Positions 20,736-30,979 of a DNA stretch of 64,000 nucleotides are shown here, piece by piece (within the stretch, counting starts at the first letter, position 1; every line of letters begins with the position of its first letter). The DNA is taken from assembly GCA_963734375.1 (NCBI GenBank), contig CAVTHG010000004.1:165363-229362 (forward strand), in the 5' to 3' direction. The DNA comes from an uncultured Acidobacteriota bacterium (GTDB taxonomy: Bacteria > Acidobacteriota > Vicinamibacteria > Vicinamibacterales > CAVVIG01). The position numbers and the translations under genes were made by a program. The notes beneath the pieces are model-generated. The model did not search any database. It was not told where the DNA came from and worked only from the letters and a program-made list of their open reading frames with translations.

Positions 20736-22075
20736 TCAGCACGAAAAAGGCGATCCCGCGGCGCACGGTTCTGCGCGGCCTCGGCTCGATGGTCGCGCTG
20801 CCGCTGCTCGACAGCATGGTGCCGGCGCTGTCGGCGCTGCAGAAGACGGCGGCCAGGCCGATCAACCGCTTCGGCGTGATGTATGTGCCGAACGGCATGA
20901 TCATGAAGAACTACCTGCCGCTGACCGACGGGCCGGGCTACGAGCTGACGCCGACGCTGTCCGCCCTCGCGCCGTTTCGCGAGCAGGTCCTGGTGCTGAG
21001 CGGACTCGACTGCATCCCGACGCCGGGACGCCCCGGCGGCGCGCACGCGAAGGCGAGCACGCGCTTCCTGACCGACGTGTCGCCGCCGTTGAGCGAGACC
21101 TGGCTGGACGCGGGCGTGTCGATGGACCAGATCCTCGCGCAGGAAACGGGGAAGGCGACGCAGTTCGCGTCGCTGGAGCTGGCAATCGAATCGAGCGAGA
21201 CGACCGGCGCGTGCGATACCGGCTTCGCGTGCCCCTACACGAACACGATCAGCTGGAAGAGCCAGAACACGCCGCTGCCGACGCAGAACAACCCGCGCGT
21301 CATCTTCGAGCGGCTGTTCGGCGACAGCACGAGCACCGATCCGAGTGTGCGACTGGCGCGCCTGCGCCAGCAGAAGAGCGTGCTCGATTCGGTGAGCGAG
21401 GAAGTCGCGCGCCTGCAGGGCGTGCTGCCGCAGCGCGATCGCACCAAGCTCGCCGAATACCTGGATGCGATTCGCGGCGTCGAGCAGCGGATCCAGATCG
21501 CCGAGCAGCAGAGCGATCAGGAGCTGCCGCTGGTCGATCATCCGCCGGGCATCCCGTCCGGCTGGGAGGACCACCTGAACCTGATGTTCGACCTGGAAGT
21601 GCTCGCGTTCCAGTGCGACCTCACGCGCGTGATCACGCTGATGGTGGGGCACGAGCACAGCGGCATGACCTATCCGCAGATTGGCGTGCCCGATGCGCAC
21701 CATCCGATCTCGCACCACCAGCAGGAGCCGGAGAAGGTGGCCAAGGTCGCGAAAATCAACGCCTACCACGTGCAGATGTTCGCGAAGTTCCTGGAGAAGC
21801 TGCAGGCGACACCCGACGGCGACGGCACGCTGCTCGATCACGTGACGATGATGTACGGCGCGGGGATCGCGGACAGCAACAGCCACTCGCCGATTGACAT
21901 CCCGATGGTGCTCGCGGGCGGCGGCGCCGGGACGCTGAAAGGGGGGCGGCACATCCGCTTCAACCACATGCCGCTGGCGAATCTGCACCTGACGCTGCTC
22001 GACAACTTCGGCGTCCACCAGGATCGGATCGGCGACAGCACCGGACGAGTCGATGCCGGGATTCTCTCGTTGTAA
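20732..22075 (+). CDS. DUF1552 family protein (Tat-like signal)
   Basis: PRRTVLRG...LPLLDSM; YVPNG; HHPISHH; GTLLDH. Confidence 0.9.
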   Translation: MISTKKAIPRRTVLRGLGSMVALPLLDSMVPALSALQKTAARPINRFGVMYVPNGMIMKNYLPLTDGPGYELTPTLSALAPFREQVLVLSGLDCIPTPGRPGGAHAKASTRFLTDVSPPLSETWLDAGVSMDQILAQETGKATQFASLELAIESSETTGACDTGFACPYTNTISWKSQNTPLPTQNNPRVIFERLFGDSTSTDPSVRLARLRQQKSVLDSVSEEVARLQGVLPQRDRTKLAEYLDAIRGVEQRIQIAEQQSDQELPLVDHPPGIPSGWEDHLNLMFDLEVLAFQCDLTRVITLMVGHEHSGMTYPQIGVPDAHHPISHHQQEPEKVAKVAKINAYHVQMFAKFLEKLQATPDGDGTLLDHVTMMYGAGIADSNSHSPIDIPMVLAGGGAGTLKGGRHIRFNHMPLANLHLTLLDNFGVHQDRIGDSTGRVDAGILSL

Positions 22076-22101
22076 GCGGGTTGTCGGCGGGGGGCGCGGT
22101 T

Positions 22102-22182
22102 CGGCGGCCCTTAAGGGCCGCCCGGTACGGGCGGCCCTTAAGGGCCGCCCTACGTACGGGCAGTCCTGAAAGGCTGCGCCAC
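22102..22182. repeat. REP cluster (GGGCGGCCCTTAAGGGCCGCCC x2 plus a variant)
   Basis: Near-perfect palindromes ending CTAC/CCAC. Confidence 0.75.
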
Positions 22183-22190
22183 GTCCCTGC

Positions 22191-23678
22191 CTGTTCGCCG
22201 CCGCCCTCAGCGCGGCGCCGGCGACGGATCTGCGCCTGATCCAGGCAGTCAAGAACCGGGACGGCGAATCAGTCCGTGCGCTGCTGAAGCAGCGTGCGCC
22301 GGCGGTCGACGTCAACGCGACGCAGGGCGATGGCGCGACGGCGCTGCACTGGGCGGTGCACCGCGACGACCTGGCGATTGCCGATCTGCTGCTGCGCGCC
22401 GGCGCGCGTGCCACCAGCGCCAACGACACCGGCGCGACGCCGCTGCACCTCGCCTGCACGAACCGCAGCGCGCCGATGGTCGAGCGGCTGCTCGCGGCCG
22501 GCGCCAGCGCGGGCGCGGCGCTGCTCAACGGCGAGACGGTGCTGATGACGTGCGCCCGTGCCGGCGATGCCGCGGCGGTCAAGGCGCTGCTGGCACACGG
22601 CGCCGACGTCAACGCGGCGGAACGCGAGCACAAGCAGACGGCGCTGATGTGGGCGACGGCGCAGCGCCATCCCGCGGTCGTCCGCCTGCTGCTCGAGGCG
22701 CGCGCCGACGTCCGCGCGCGTTCGCTCACGTATCCGCAGACGGTCGTCGGCGAGCAGACGCAGCGCGCCGGGCGCGAGGAGCTGAACTACACGGTGCTGC
22801 GCGGCGGCGCGACGCCGTTACTGTTCGCCGCCCGCGCCGGCGACGCCGAGTCTGCGGCGCTGCTCTTGAAGGCCGGCGCGGACGCCAACGACGCGCAGCC
22901 GGACGGCGTCAGCGCGCTCGTCCTCGCGGCGCACAGCGGCCACACCACCGTTGCGACGCTGCTGCTCGAGCACGGCGCCGATCCCAACGCCATTGGCGGC
23001 GGCTACACGGCACTCCACGCGGCGATTCTCCGCAGCGATCCGATCCTGGTGCAGGCGCTGCTCGCACGCGGCGCCAACCCAAACGCGAAGATCGCCAAGG
23101 GGACGCCGATGCGCCGCGACACCACGGATTGGAACCTGTCGGCGACGCTGGTCGGCACGCCGCCGTATCTCCTCGCCGCGCGGTTCCTCGAGGCGGACAT
23201 CATGCCGGTGCTCGCTGCGGGCGGTGCCGATCCGCGGGCGAAGATGGCTGACGGCGCCGACGCGGTGATGCTTGCCGCCGGGATTGGATCGAGCCGCACG
23301 GCGAGCCGCCGCGGCATCGAGACGATCGATTTCGGCAAGGTCGAACCGGAGAGCCGCGTGCACGAGGCGGTTGCGGCAGCGATTCGCCTCGGCGGCGACG
23401 CCGGCGCGGCGAATCAGGCTGGCGATACCGCGATGCTCGTCTCGGCTGCGCTCGGCTACGACACGGTCGTCCAGTTGCTCGCCGATCACGGCGCGGACCT
23501 CAACGCACGGAACCGCCGCGGGATCACGCCGCTGCAGGCCGCGACCTACGGATCAACGACCGGCAGGGGGCGAGCGACGGCGCCGGCCGGCGCCGATTCG
23601 CTGGGGTTCGAGCGGCCGGTGGAGCTCGCGCATCCATCCACCGTCGCGCTGTTGAAGAAGCTCGGCGCCACCGAGTAG
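22191..23678 (+). CDS. Ankyrin repeat protein (true start unclear, lies in or near the REP cluster)
   Basis: LFAAALSA..LIQAVKNRD..DGATALHWA; repeated G.T.L..A motifs. Confidence 0.85.
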   Translation: MFAAALSAAPATDLRLIQAVKNRDGESVRALLKQRAPAVDVNATQGDGATALHWAVHRDDLAIADLLLRAGARATSANDTGATPLHLACTNRSAPMVERLLAAGASAGAALLNGETVLMTCARAGDAAAVKALLAHGADVNAAEREHKQTALMWATAQRHPAVVRLLLEARADVRARSLTYPQTVVGEQTQRAGREELNYTVLRGGATPLLFAARAGDAESAALLLKAGADANDAQPDGVSALVLAAHSGHTTVATLLLEHGADPNAIGGGYTALHAAILRSDPILVQALLARGANPNAKIAKGTPMRRDTTDWNLSATLVGTPPYLLAARFLEADIMPVLAAGGADPRAKMADGADAVMLAAGIGSSRTASRRGIETIDFGKVEPESRVHEAVAAAIRLGGDAGAANQAGDTAMLVSAALGYDTVVQLLADHGADLNARNRRGITPLQAATYGSTTGRGRATAPAGADSLGFERPVELAHPSTVALLKKLGATE

Positions 23679-23679
23679 T

Positions 23680-23733
23680 TGCTGGTTGCTGGTTGCTGGT
23701 TGCTGGACGTAGGGCGGTGCTTTAGCGCCGCCC
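23680..23733. repeat. (GTTGCTG)n heptamers followed by a GTAG-REP
   Basis: gttgctggttgctggttgctggttgctgg; gtagggcggtgctttagcgccgccc. Confidence 0.7.
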
Positions 23734-23745
23734 TCGCTCGTCGTT

Positions 23746-24624
23746 TTGCGTGTGAAAAAACAAAACTCTGCGATCTCGGCGGTCTCCGCGGTTTTACTCA
23801 CCGGCGCCGCTATTTCAGTCACCGCGCAGCAGGCGTTCACCGGCCGCATCTCCGACAGCGCCTGCGGCCCCTCGCACGCGGCGAAGGCGTCCTCTGCTTC
23901 GCACAGCGATCGACAGTGCCTGCTCGCGTGCATCAACGCGCTGGCGAAGTATGTCCTGGTGGACGAGTCAGGCCGCGTGCTGACGCTCGCCAATCAGGAC
24001 GCGATCGGGTTGCCGCTCTACGCCGGGCGCCCGGTGAAGATCGCCGGCGAGCGAAGCGGCGACGCGATCACCATCTCGAAGGTCGAGGCGATCGCGGCAC
24101 ATCTTCACCTCGGCCACGTGATGACGAACTGGCGCGACACGCCGGGCGGGCGCGGGTTCCTGCCGGTGGCGCTCGACCAGGCGCGCGCGGCCGCGCTGCA
24201 CGCGGGGCTCGCGGTCAAGGGCACCAGCCTCGACGACATCAAGGCCCAGGCGAGCGAGGTGCTCAAGGCGCTCGATCCAACGGTCGAATCGGGAGCCGGC
24301 GACACGACCTACGGGGTGAAGAAGGCGATCGCCGGCGCGGTGCAGCATCTCCAACTGGCGGCCAGGGCCGAGGGCGCGACGCCGAACCTCACGACGCACG
24401 CCGGCGACGTGTCGTCCGCGCTGGATGATGCGCTGCGATGGACCGACGAAGCCGTCGCCGTCGCGCAGCGCATTCGCGCCGCGTCCGATCGCACCGAGGC
24501 GGCCGCCGGCGCGCGCGATCTCGCGGCCCTGACGTCACGGATCAGCGACGATGGGCTTGGCCGGGCACAGTCGCAGATGAATCTGATCCTCAGGGGCGAA
24601 AATCTCCTCGGCGCGCCGCGCTAG
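23746..24624 (+). CDS. Secreted hypothetical protein
   Basis: Signal-like N-terminus; GRISDSACG...CLLACI; HLHLGHV. Confidence 0.7.
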   Translation: MRVKKQNSAISAVSAVLLTGAAISVTAQQAFTGRISDSACGPSHAAKASSASHSDRQCLLACINALAKYVLVDESGRVLTLANQDAIGLPLYAGRPVKIAGERSGDAITISKVEAIAAHLHLGHVMTNWRDTPGGRGFLPVALDQARAAALHAGLAVKGTSLDDIKAQASEVLKALDPTVESGAGDTTYGVKKAIAGAVQHLQLAARAEGATPNLTTHAGDVSSALDDALRWTDEAVAVAQRIRAASDRTEAAAGARDLAALTSRISDDGLGRAQSQMNLILRGENLLGAPR

Positions 24625-24631
24625 CGGCGTC

Positions 24632-24688
24632 GGGGTCCAGACCCGGACTTGGGTCTGACCCCGGACCCGAACTGCGGGTCTGACCCGG
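24632..24688. repeat. GGGTCTGACCC palindrome cluster
   Basis: ggggtccagaccc, gggtctgacccc, gggtctgaccc. Confidence 0.6.
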
Positions 24689-24717
24689 AGCTGATCCGTT
24701 TGTCTGTGAAAACCCGT

Positions 24718-24746
24718 TTGACACCATTGCGCGGCAGCGTTAGCGT
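24718..24746 (+). promoter_or_regulatory. Sigma70-type promoter
   Basis: TTGACA-N17-TAGCGT. Confidence 0.55.
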
Positions 24747-24832
24747 TTCGTCGCTGCGCCTCCCCCTCGCAGCAGGAATTTTCTCAACATACGACGCGTG
24801 TGCGCGAAGCCGCGTCCACAAGGAGTTCGCCG

Positions 24833-26572
24833 ATGACCATCGTTTCCGACAAGGAGTGGTTTGAGCTTCCCGGTCCGGCCCAGGCCGTCAAGCTGGTCGA
24901 GCTGCGCAACGAACTGCGCGAGAAGAACCTGCACGACACCGAGGAGCCGCCGCTCGAAAACTCGACGGCGCCCGCGACCGGCGATCCCGTGAACGCGCGC
25001 ACCAGCGATGGGATGTACAACGACTTGAAGTGCCCGCGCATGGGGAGCTCGGGCACGCGGTTCGGGCGCAACGTCCCGCTCAGCGAGACGTTTCCCGACA
25101 CCGCCAACCTGATGAACCCGAACCCGCGCCGCGTCAGCCTCGAGCTCCTGACGCGGACGACGTTCCAGCCGGCAACGATCCTCAACGTCCTCGCGGCGGC
25201 GTGGATCCAGTTCCAGGTGCACGACTGGTTCGTCCACAAGAAGGGCGTCTGGTCGCACACGCACGACATCCCGGTTGGCGCCGGAGACACCTGGCACGAG
25301 AACCCGATGCGTGTGCCGAAGACGCCGGCCGATCCGCCGAAGGTGCCGGATTCGAAGCGGCCGCCGGCCTACATCAACGAGAACACGCACTGGTGGGACG
25401 GCTCGCAGGTCTATGGCAGCACCGCGTCGGACCAGACGTCGCTGCGCGCCGGCCGCGAAGGCAAGGTGCTCGTCAGCCCGCACGGACGGCTGGGCGTCGA
25501 CCCGGTCACCGGCCACGAGATCACCGGATTCACCGAGAACGGCTGGGCAGGGCTGAGCCTGCTGCATTCGGTGTTCGCGCTCGAGCACAACGCCATCTGC
25601 GATCGCCTGCGGAAGGTGAACGTGCACTGGGATGATGAGCGGCTGTTCCAGCAGGCGCGGCTGGTCAACGCGGCGCTGGCTGCGAAGATCCACACCGTCG
25701 AGTGGTCGACGGCGATCCTGCCGGCCAAGATTACGGTCACCGCGCTGCGCACCAACTGGTACGGCACGCTCGGCAAGCTGCAGAACGTCTTCAGCGGAAT
25801 CAACGACAACGACCTGCTCGGCGGCATCCCCGGGTCGCCGACCGATCACCACGGCACGCCGTACTCGCTGACCGAGGAGTTCGTCTCCGTCTACCGCATG
25901 CACACGCTGATGCCGGACGACTTCATCATCAAGTCGGCGAAGACCGGTGCCGAGCTCGGTCGCTATCAGCTGCCCGAGCTGTCGGGGCGCGCCGGCGTTG
26001 CGCTGCAGCAGGGCATCGACCAGGCCGATCTCTTCTACTCGTTCGGCATCGCCCACCCCGGCGCCGTGCGGCTGCACAACTACCCGAAGACGCTGCAGAA
26101 CCTGACCAACGACGACGGCGAGCACTTCGACCTCGGCACCATCGACATCCTGCGCGACCGCGAGCGCGGCGTGCCGCGCTACAACCAGTTCCGGCGGCTG
26201 CTGCACAAGTCGGCGATCAAGAGCTTCGACGAAATCACCGACGTGCCGCAGTGGGCCGACGAGATCAAGCGCGTCTACGACAACGATCTCGAGAAGGTCG
26301 ACACGATGGTCGGGTTGATGTGCGAGCCGCTGCCCGAAGGCTTCGGCTTCAGCGACACGGCGTTCCGCGTCTTCCTGCTGATGGCGTCGCGCCGGCTGAA
26401 GAGCGATCGCTTCCTGTCGAAGGACTATCGTCCCGAGGTCTACACCAAGGAAGGGATCGCGTGGGTCGAGGAGACGTCGATGATTGACGTCATCACCCGC
26501 CATTATCCGTCGCTCGCGCCGTACATGAAGGGGCTCGACAGCGCGTTCCAGCCCTGGCATCCCAAGGCGTGA
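24833..26572 (+). CDS. Animal-heme-peroxidase family, fatty acid alpha-dioxygenase-like
   Basis: WIQFQVHDW, THWWDGSQVYG, AKIHTVEW, EEFVSVYRMH, RDRERGVPRYN, SRRLKSDRF. Confidence 0.88.
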   Translation: MTIVSDKEWFELPGPAQAVKLVELRNELREKNLHDTEEPPLENSTAPATGDPVNARTSDGMYNDLKCPRMGSSGTRFGRNVPLSETFPDTANLMNPNPRRVSLELLTRTTFQPATILNVLAAAWIQFQVHDWFVHKKGVWSHTHDIPVGAGDTWHENPMRVPKTPADPPKVPDSKRPPAYINENTHWWDGSQVYGSTASDQTSLRAGREGKVLVSPHGRLGVDPVTGHEITGFTENGWAGLSLLHSVFALEHNAICDRLRKVNVHWDDERLFQQARLVNAALAAKIHTVEWSTAILPAKITVTALRTNWYGTLGKLQNVFSGINDNDLLGGIPGSPTDHHGTPYSLTEEFVSVYRMHTLMPDDFIIKSAKTGAELGRYQLPELSGRAGVALQQGIDQADLFYSFGIAHPGAVRLHNYPKTLQNLTNDDGEHFDLGTIDILRDRERGVPRYNQFRRLLHKSAIKSFDEITDVPQWADEIKRVYDNDLEKVDTMVGLMCEPLPEGFGFSDTAFRVFLLMASRRLKSDRFLSKDYRPEVYTKEGIAWVEETSMIDVITRHYPSLAPYMKGLDSAFQPWHPKA

Positions 26573-26610
26573 TTCGCGCGCGGGACCGGGCTGGCGCCCG
26601 GTCCCCGCGC

Positions 26611-26660
26611 TGGTTGCTGGTTGCTTGTTGCTGGTTGCGAGCTCTGGTTGCTAGCTGCTG
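26611..26660. repeat. Degenerate (GCTGGTT)n heptamer array
   Basis: Same unit as 23680-23706. Confidence 0.7.
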
Positions 26661-26746
26661 GTGCCGATTTTCCTTTCCGCAGGTAGACGTACGCGCCCGC
26701 GTGCGTTATCGTCACGCGTCGATTGATTTCAACCAGGAGGCACAGC

Positions 26747-27358
26747 ATGTCGGCAGCGCGCTGGCTCGTCGTTTCACTATTCATCCTGTCCCTTGCGGCG
26801 CCGTTGATGGCGCAGGCACCCGCCGGCCAGCCCGGCGGCGCACCCGCGGCGCCGGCGATGACGCTCACCGTCACTGGGTTTGCCGATGGCGCCGACATCC
26901 CGGTGAAGTTCAGCCAGGCGGCGCCGGGCGCGGCGCCGGGCGAAGGCACATCGCCTGCGATCGCCTGGGCCAACGTGCCGGCCGGCACGCAGACCTTCGT
27001 GCTGAACATGCGCGATCTCGACGTCGCCAGGAACAAGGGGACCGACGATCAGGCGCACTGGGTGGTGTGGAACATCCCGGCGGCGACGACCAGCCTGCCG
27101 GAAGGCGTGCCGAAGGGATCGCAGCGGCCGGACGGCAGCTTCCAGATCAGCGCCACCGGTCCGGTCTACCGCGGTCCAGGCGCGGGGGCGAACGGCCCGC
27201 GGCATCACTACATGTTCGAGATTTACGCGCTCGACACCAAGCTCGACGTCCAGCCGACCGCGGACGCGTTCGAGACGCGCGCGAACGTGATGAAGGCGAT
27301 GCAGGGACACGTGCTCGGCAAGGCCGTCTACGGCGGACTCTTCAAGCGCCCGCAGTAA
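26747..27358 (+). CDS. YbhB/YbcL (PEBP/RKIP-like) secreted protein
   Basis: SPAIAW, HWVVWNIP, YRGP, HHYMFEIYALD. Confidence 0.9.
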   Translation: MSAARWLVVSLFILSLAAPLMAQAPAGQPGGAPAAPAMTLTVTGFADGADIPVKFSQAAPGAAPGEGTSPAIAWANVPAGTQTFVLNMRDLDVARNKGTDDQAHWVVWNIPAATTSLPEGVPKGSQRPDGSFQISATGPVYRGPGAGANGPRHHYMFEIYALDTKLDVQPTADAFETRANVMKAMQGHVLGKAVYGGLFKRPQ

Positions 27359-27371
27359 CGTCAGCCGGCGA

Positions 27372-27623
27372 TCACGCGGTCAGATACTCGCCGCCGGCGG
27401 CACGGCGCAGCTCGCCTCGCCGCACCAGCTCGTCCAGCACGGTGCGGCAGGTTGCCTCGCGCAACCCGAACAGGCGCGCCGCCTGGTTGAGATGCAGGAT
27501 CAGCCCCGGCATCTCCTTGTATGTACTGAGAATCGATTGGGTCAGCCTTCGAACCGAGGCCTCATCTCCCCGGTCCGGAGGCAGCGCCGATCGGCGTTCG
27601 CGTTTTCCAACTTCGAGCTGCAT
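27372..27623 (-). CDS. Small HTH-like hypothetical protein
   Basis: YKEMPGLILHLNQAARLFGL...C..VLDELV; paralog of 2851-3101. Confidence 0.75.
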   Translation of the reverse strand: MQLEVGKRERRSALPPDRGDEASVRRLTQSILSTYKEMPGLILHLNQAARLFGLREATCRTVLDELVRRGELRRAAGGEYLTA

Positions 27624-27778
27624 ATTCAGCAGCCTCCGTTGAGCTCTCGCGCTCGTGCCGACGCAACGGTTCAGGTGCGCCGGACATCTCCCGATAATCC
27701 GGTACACGCACAACCGGCGCCATAGGGAGCGTGCCTAGCGAAATTTTCGAAGCACGACCATAGCCGCGCGGCTCTCTC

Positions 27779-27908
27779 GTAGCGCAGGCCTTCAGGCCTG
27801 CCAACGGCCGCGGTTGCAGCCCTAAAGGGCTGCGCTACGAAATCTCCTGGTCCTCCTGATCCATCCTGATCTCCTGATCCTCCTGATCTCCTGATTCTCC
27901 TGACCTCC
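27779..27908. repeat. REP doublet plus (CTCCTGAT)n array
   Basis: gtagcgcaggccttcaggcctgc ... gcagccctaaagggctgcgctac; ctcctgat units. Confidence 0.75.
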
Positions 27909-27909
27909 G

Positions 27910-29508
27910 TTACCGGCGAAGCCGGTAGATCTCGAAGCTCGGCCCGATGCGCTCAATGCCCGCGAGGCCCGTCAGCGGCAGGAACAACGCGTCCTGCTGA
28001 TCGTAGCGTCGCGATGCGCGCTCGTCGGCGACCGGGAAATCGCGCACGCGCTCGTAGCGCTCCGCGGCGATGCGCTGGACCGCATCCGGCACGGCGCTGT
28101 AGAGGATGAGCGGCGATCGCTGCAGGATGATCCAATCGGGCAGCCGGCCATCGCGCGCGAATTGCCCGCGCGCTTCGTCGAAGTCGCACATCTCCACGCG
28201 CAGCGGCGGCTCGGACAGCGTGAACGGGATCCGTCCGTACGATTCGCCCGACTGGTAGACGAGGCTGCCGGCCGGGATCAGCCCCGAGAGCTCCCTCGCG
28301 ACGACGACGCGATTGTCGGCGCGCGTCAGCACGCGATCGAGCAGCACCACGTTGCGCGCCGACGGCGCGACAATCGCCAGCGCTGCCGCGGCGGTCGCCC
28401 ACGCTCTGGCCGCGCCCGCCTCCGGCACGAGCGCGCGAACCGCGGAAACCGTGAGCCAACCGGCGCTGATGCAGAGGAACGGCACGACCGGCAGCATGTC
28501 GCGCGCGAAGACGCGATACCCGCTGCCGGCGACGACGAAGTAGGCGAGCGGAAAAGCGAGGACGACCGCCGACTGGCGCCATCGCGTCAGCAGGAGGCCA
28601 GCGGCGCCCGCCGCGCCGGCCAGGTACAGCGGCCATCCCAGCGCGGCCGGCAGCGTGAACGTCGCGTGATACCACCAGCCGCGCGAGAGGACCAGTCCAT
28701 GTCCGTGCGCGAGCGTCGCGCTCTGCGCGTTGAGGTCGGCGACAAACTGCCGCCACGCCACGACGACGTACGGCGATGCACCGACGAAGCCGAGCACGAA
28801 CGCTGCAAGGAAGACTGCGAAGGCCTGCGCCAGGTGCCGCAGCACGACGCGCCGATCCTGACGCCCGTCGGCCGCCCGCATCGCCAGCGCCACGACCCAG
28901 GGGACGAACACGCCGAGCGCGTTGTACTTCGTCGACGTGGCGAGGCCGGCGACGAGCCCCGCGGCGGCAGCGCGCCATGGGCCGGGCTTGTCCTGCCACC
29001 GGAGAATCATCAGCACCGAGAGCACGACCAGCGCCGTCATGCTGACGTCGAGGGTGCCGAAGTGCGAGTCGCGCACGTGCAGGTAGGCGAGCGCGAGAAA
29101 CAGCGCGGCGACAATCGCGATCGTCTCGTCGAAGACGCGGCGGGCGATCGCAAACACCCACCACACGGTCAGCGTGCCCATCGCCGCCGAGAGGCCGCGG
29201 CTCAGATAGAAGAACGGCGCCAGGCTTTGCCGCCGGCTCTCGGCAAAGGCGGCCAGGCTCGCGTAGGTCCCGAACGGCCGGTTGATCGCGAACCAGGCGA
29301 CGTAGAGGATCGCGACCGCGTAGAGCAGGCCGGTCGGATACATGAAATTCGGCGGGCGGAGCGTGCCCGACAGAAACTGCACGGCCGGCCCGGCGACCGC
29401 GGTTTCATCGACGCGCGAGCCGGCATACGGCAAACCGAATCCGAGACCCCACACGCGCACAGCGGCGGCGACGAGCAGGATCAGCGGCAGAAGCTTGCGC
29501 GCGGTCAC
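27910..29508 (-). CDS. GT-C (ArnT/PMT-like, GT39/GT83) membrane glycosyltransferase
   Basis: DE motif after TM1; HVRDSHFGTLD; TSTKYN; many TMs. Confidence 0.8.
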   Translation of the reverse strand: MTARKLLPLILLVAAAVRVWGLGFGLPYAGSRVDETAVAGPAVQFLSGTLRPPNFMYPTGLLYAVAILYVAWFAINRPFGTYASLAAFAESRRQSLAPFFYLSRGLSAAMGTLTVWWVFAIARRVFDETIAIVAALFLALAYLHVRDSHFGTLDVSMTALVVLSVLMILRWQDKPGPWRAAAAGLVAGLATSTKYNALGVFVPWVVALAMRAADGRQDRRVVLRHLAQAFAVFLAAFVLGFVGASPYVVVAWRQFVADLNAQSATLAHGHGLVLSRGWWYHATFTLPAALGWPLYLAGAAGAAGLLLTRWRQSAVVLAFPLAYFVVAGSGYRVFARDMLPVVPFLCISAGWLTVSAVRALVPEAGAARAWATAAAALAIVAPSARNVVLLDRVLTRADNRVVVARELSGLIPAGSLVYQSGESYGRIPFTLSEPPLRVEMCDFDEARGQFARDGRLPDWIILQRSPLILYSAVPDAVQRIAAERYERVRDFPVADERASRRYDQQDALFLPLTGLAGIERIGPSFEIYRLRR

Positions 29509-30906
29509 CGGGAGTAGCTGACGCGGCCGTCGCGGGCGATCTCCGCCCGCCACTCGGCCTGCCGGTCGATGCGGCCGCCGAGGATCCGGAAGATGATCTC
29601 GGCGTCACCGGTCGGCGGGAGCGCGAACTGCGTCCGGATCGATCGCATCGGTTGCTGAAGCCGAGCGATCTGGCGCGACGCCCTCACGAGGACTTCGTAC
29701 TCGGGCATTCTCGGCAGCACTGACGCGTGCCGGAGTCGTGCCGGCACCGCCAGGATCGCCGCGGCACACAGCGCGACCGCCGCGACACGCGCCGCCCGCG
29801 CCGGCACCAGCGTCATCACCGCGAGCAGCATCGTGATCACCGCGGCCGGCATCAGCGACAGATAGTAGTAGTCCTGCAGGTCTCCGGCCCACAGCGCGTA
29901 CCCGGCGACCGCGGCGGCCTGCGGCAGCACCGTGACTGCCAGGAGCACCGGATCGTCGCGGTAGCGAACGATCACCAGCGCTGCGCAGGCGAGCAGAATC
30001 CAGCCGGCCGCAACCACGGACCAGGGGCTGAACATGATGTATGTGACCGCGTGCGTGTAGGCCGCGGCGCTCGCGCCGAGGCGAAGCGGACTTGTGCCGC
30101 GCACGATGCCGCCGAGGCTGCCGGTGACGGCGCCCATCGCCGGATGGCTGAAGCGCTGCGCCGCCTGGTGGAGCAGATAGGGGACCTGCAGCGCGGCAAC
30201 GACCGCGACGATCAGCCCGGCGCGAGACGCCACCGCGCGCCAGTCGCGGCGCGACAATTCGTCGGCGACGAGCGCGGTGAACACGCCGAGGGCGACGAAG
30301 ACGGCGCCGGTGTACGAGTGCACCGCGCTCCACGCGATCGCGGCGGTGATCGCCGCGTGCGCGAGCGAACGGCGATGCCAGTCGAGCAGGACCAACGCCG
30401 TCGCCATCCGCGCCAGGATCGATCCCATCACCGGGTTCCAGATGACCGCCGCCAGCGCGAGATCGAACGGCGCCGTGGCCAGGATCACCACCGCGCCGAG
30501 CGCGAGCCATGCCGATCCGGTCCGCTTCCAGAGCGCCATCAGCAGCAGCAGCGTCGGCGCCCGATTCCAGGAGCGCCTGCCCGATGCCGCCGCCGTGCGG
30601 CAGGTTGTCGAACAACGGGCCGACGACGACGCGGATCGCCCAGAGAATCCAGTAGAAGGCCGGGCCGATCGTGTAGCCGCCGAAGTGGGTTGCCGGGCCG
30701 ACCAGCGGCAGGCTGGTGAACGGACCGAGCGCGATCCACCAGTCGCGGATCTGATCGCCCAGAAATGCGAGGTGGCGGTTGATGTGCCACGTCCGTGCGA
30801 GTGCGATCAGGAGGAACGTCGCGGTGGGCATCGCGATCCGCAGCCACACCACGGGCGGGGCGGCGGCGGACAGCCGCGTGAGCGTTCGGGTCTCAATCGT
30901 AGCCAT
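29505..30906 (-). CDS. GT-C-like polytopic membrane protein (frameshift ~30555)
   Basis: GDQIRDW..LPLVGP..GPAFYW; IWNP; many TMs. Confidence 0.65.
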
Positions 30907-30979
30907 GCTGCCGGAGCCCTGAAAGGATGCCAGAAATACGCGGCTGACAACAGCGGCGCGGCGATGAGACGATCGAGGC

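Noticed and set aside
18123-22729. Long antisense ORFs (812 aa, 706 aa) and similar shadows throughout the window
   Set aside because: They mirror well-supported sense genes; stop-poor antisense frames are expected at this GC content and show no motifs.
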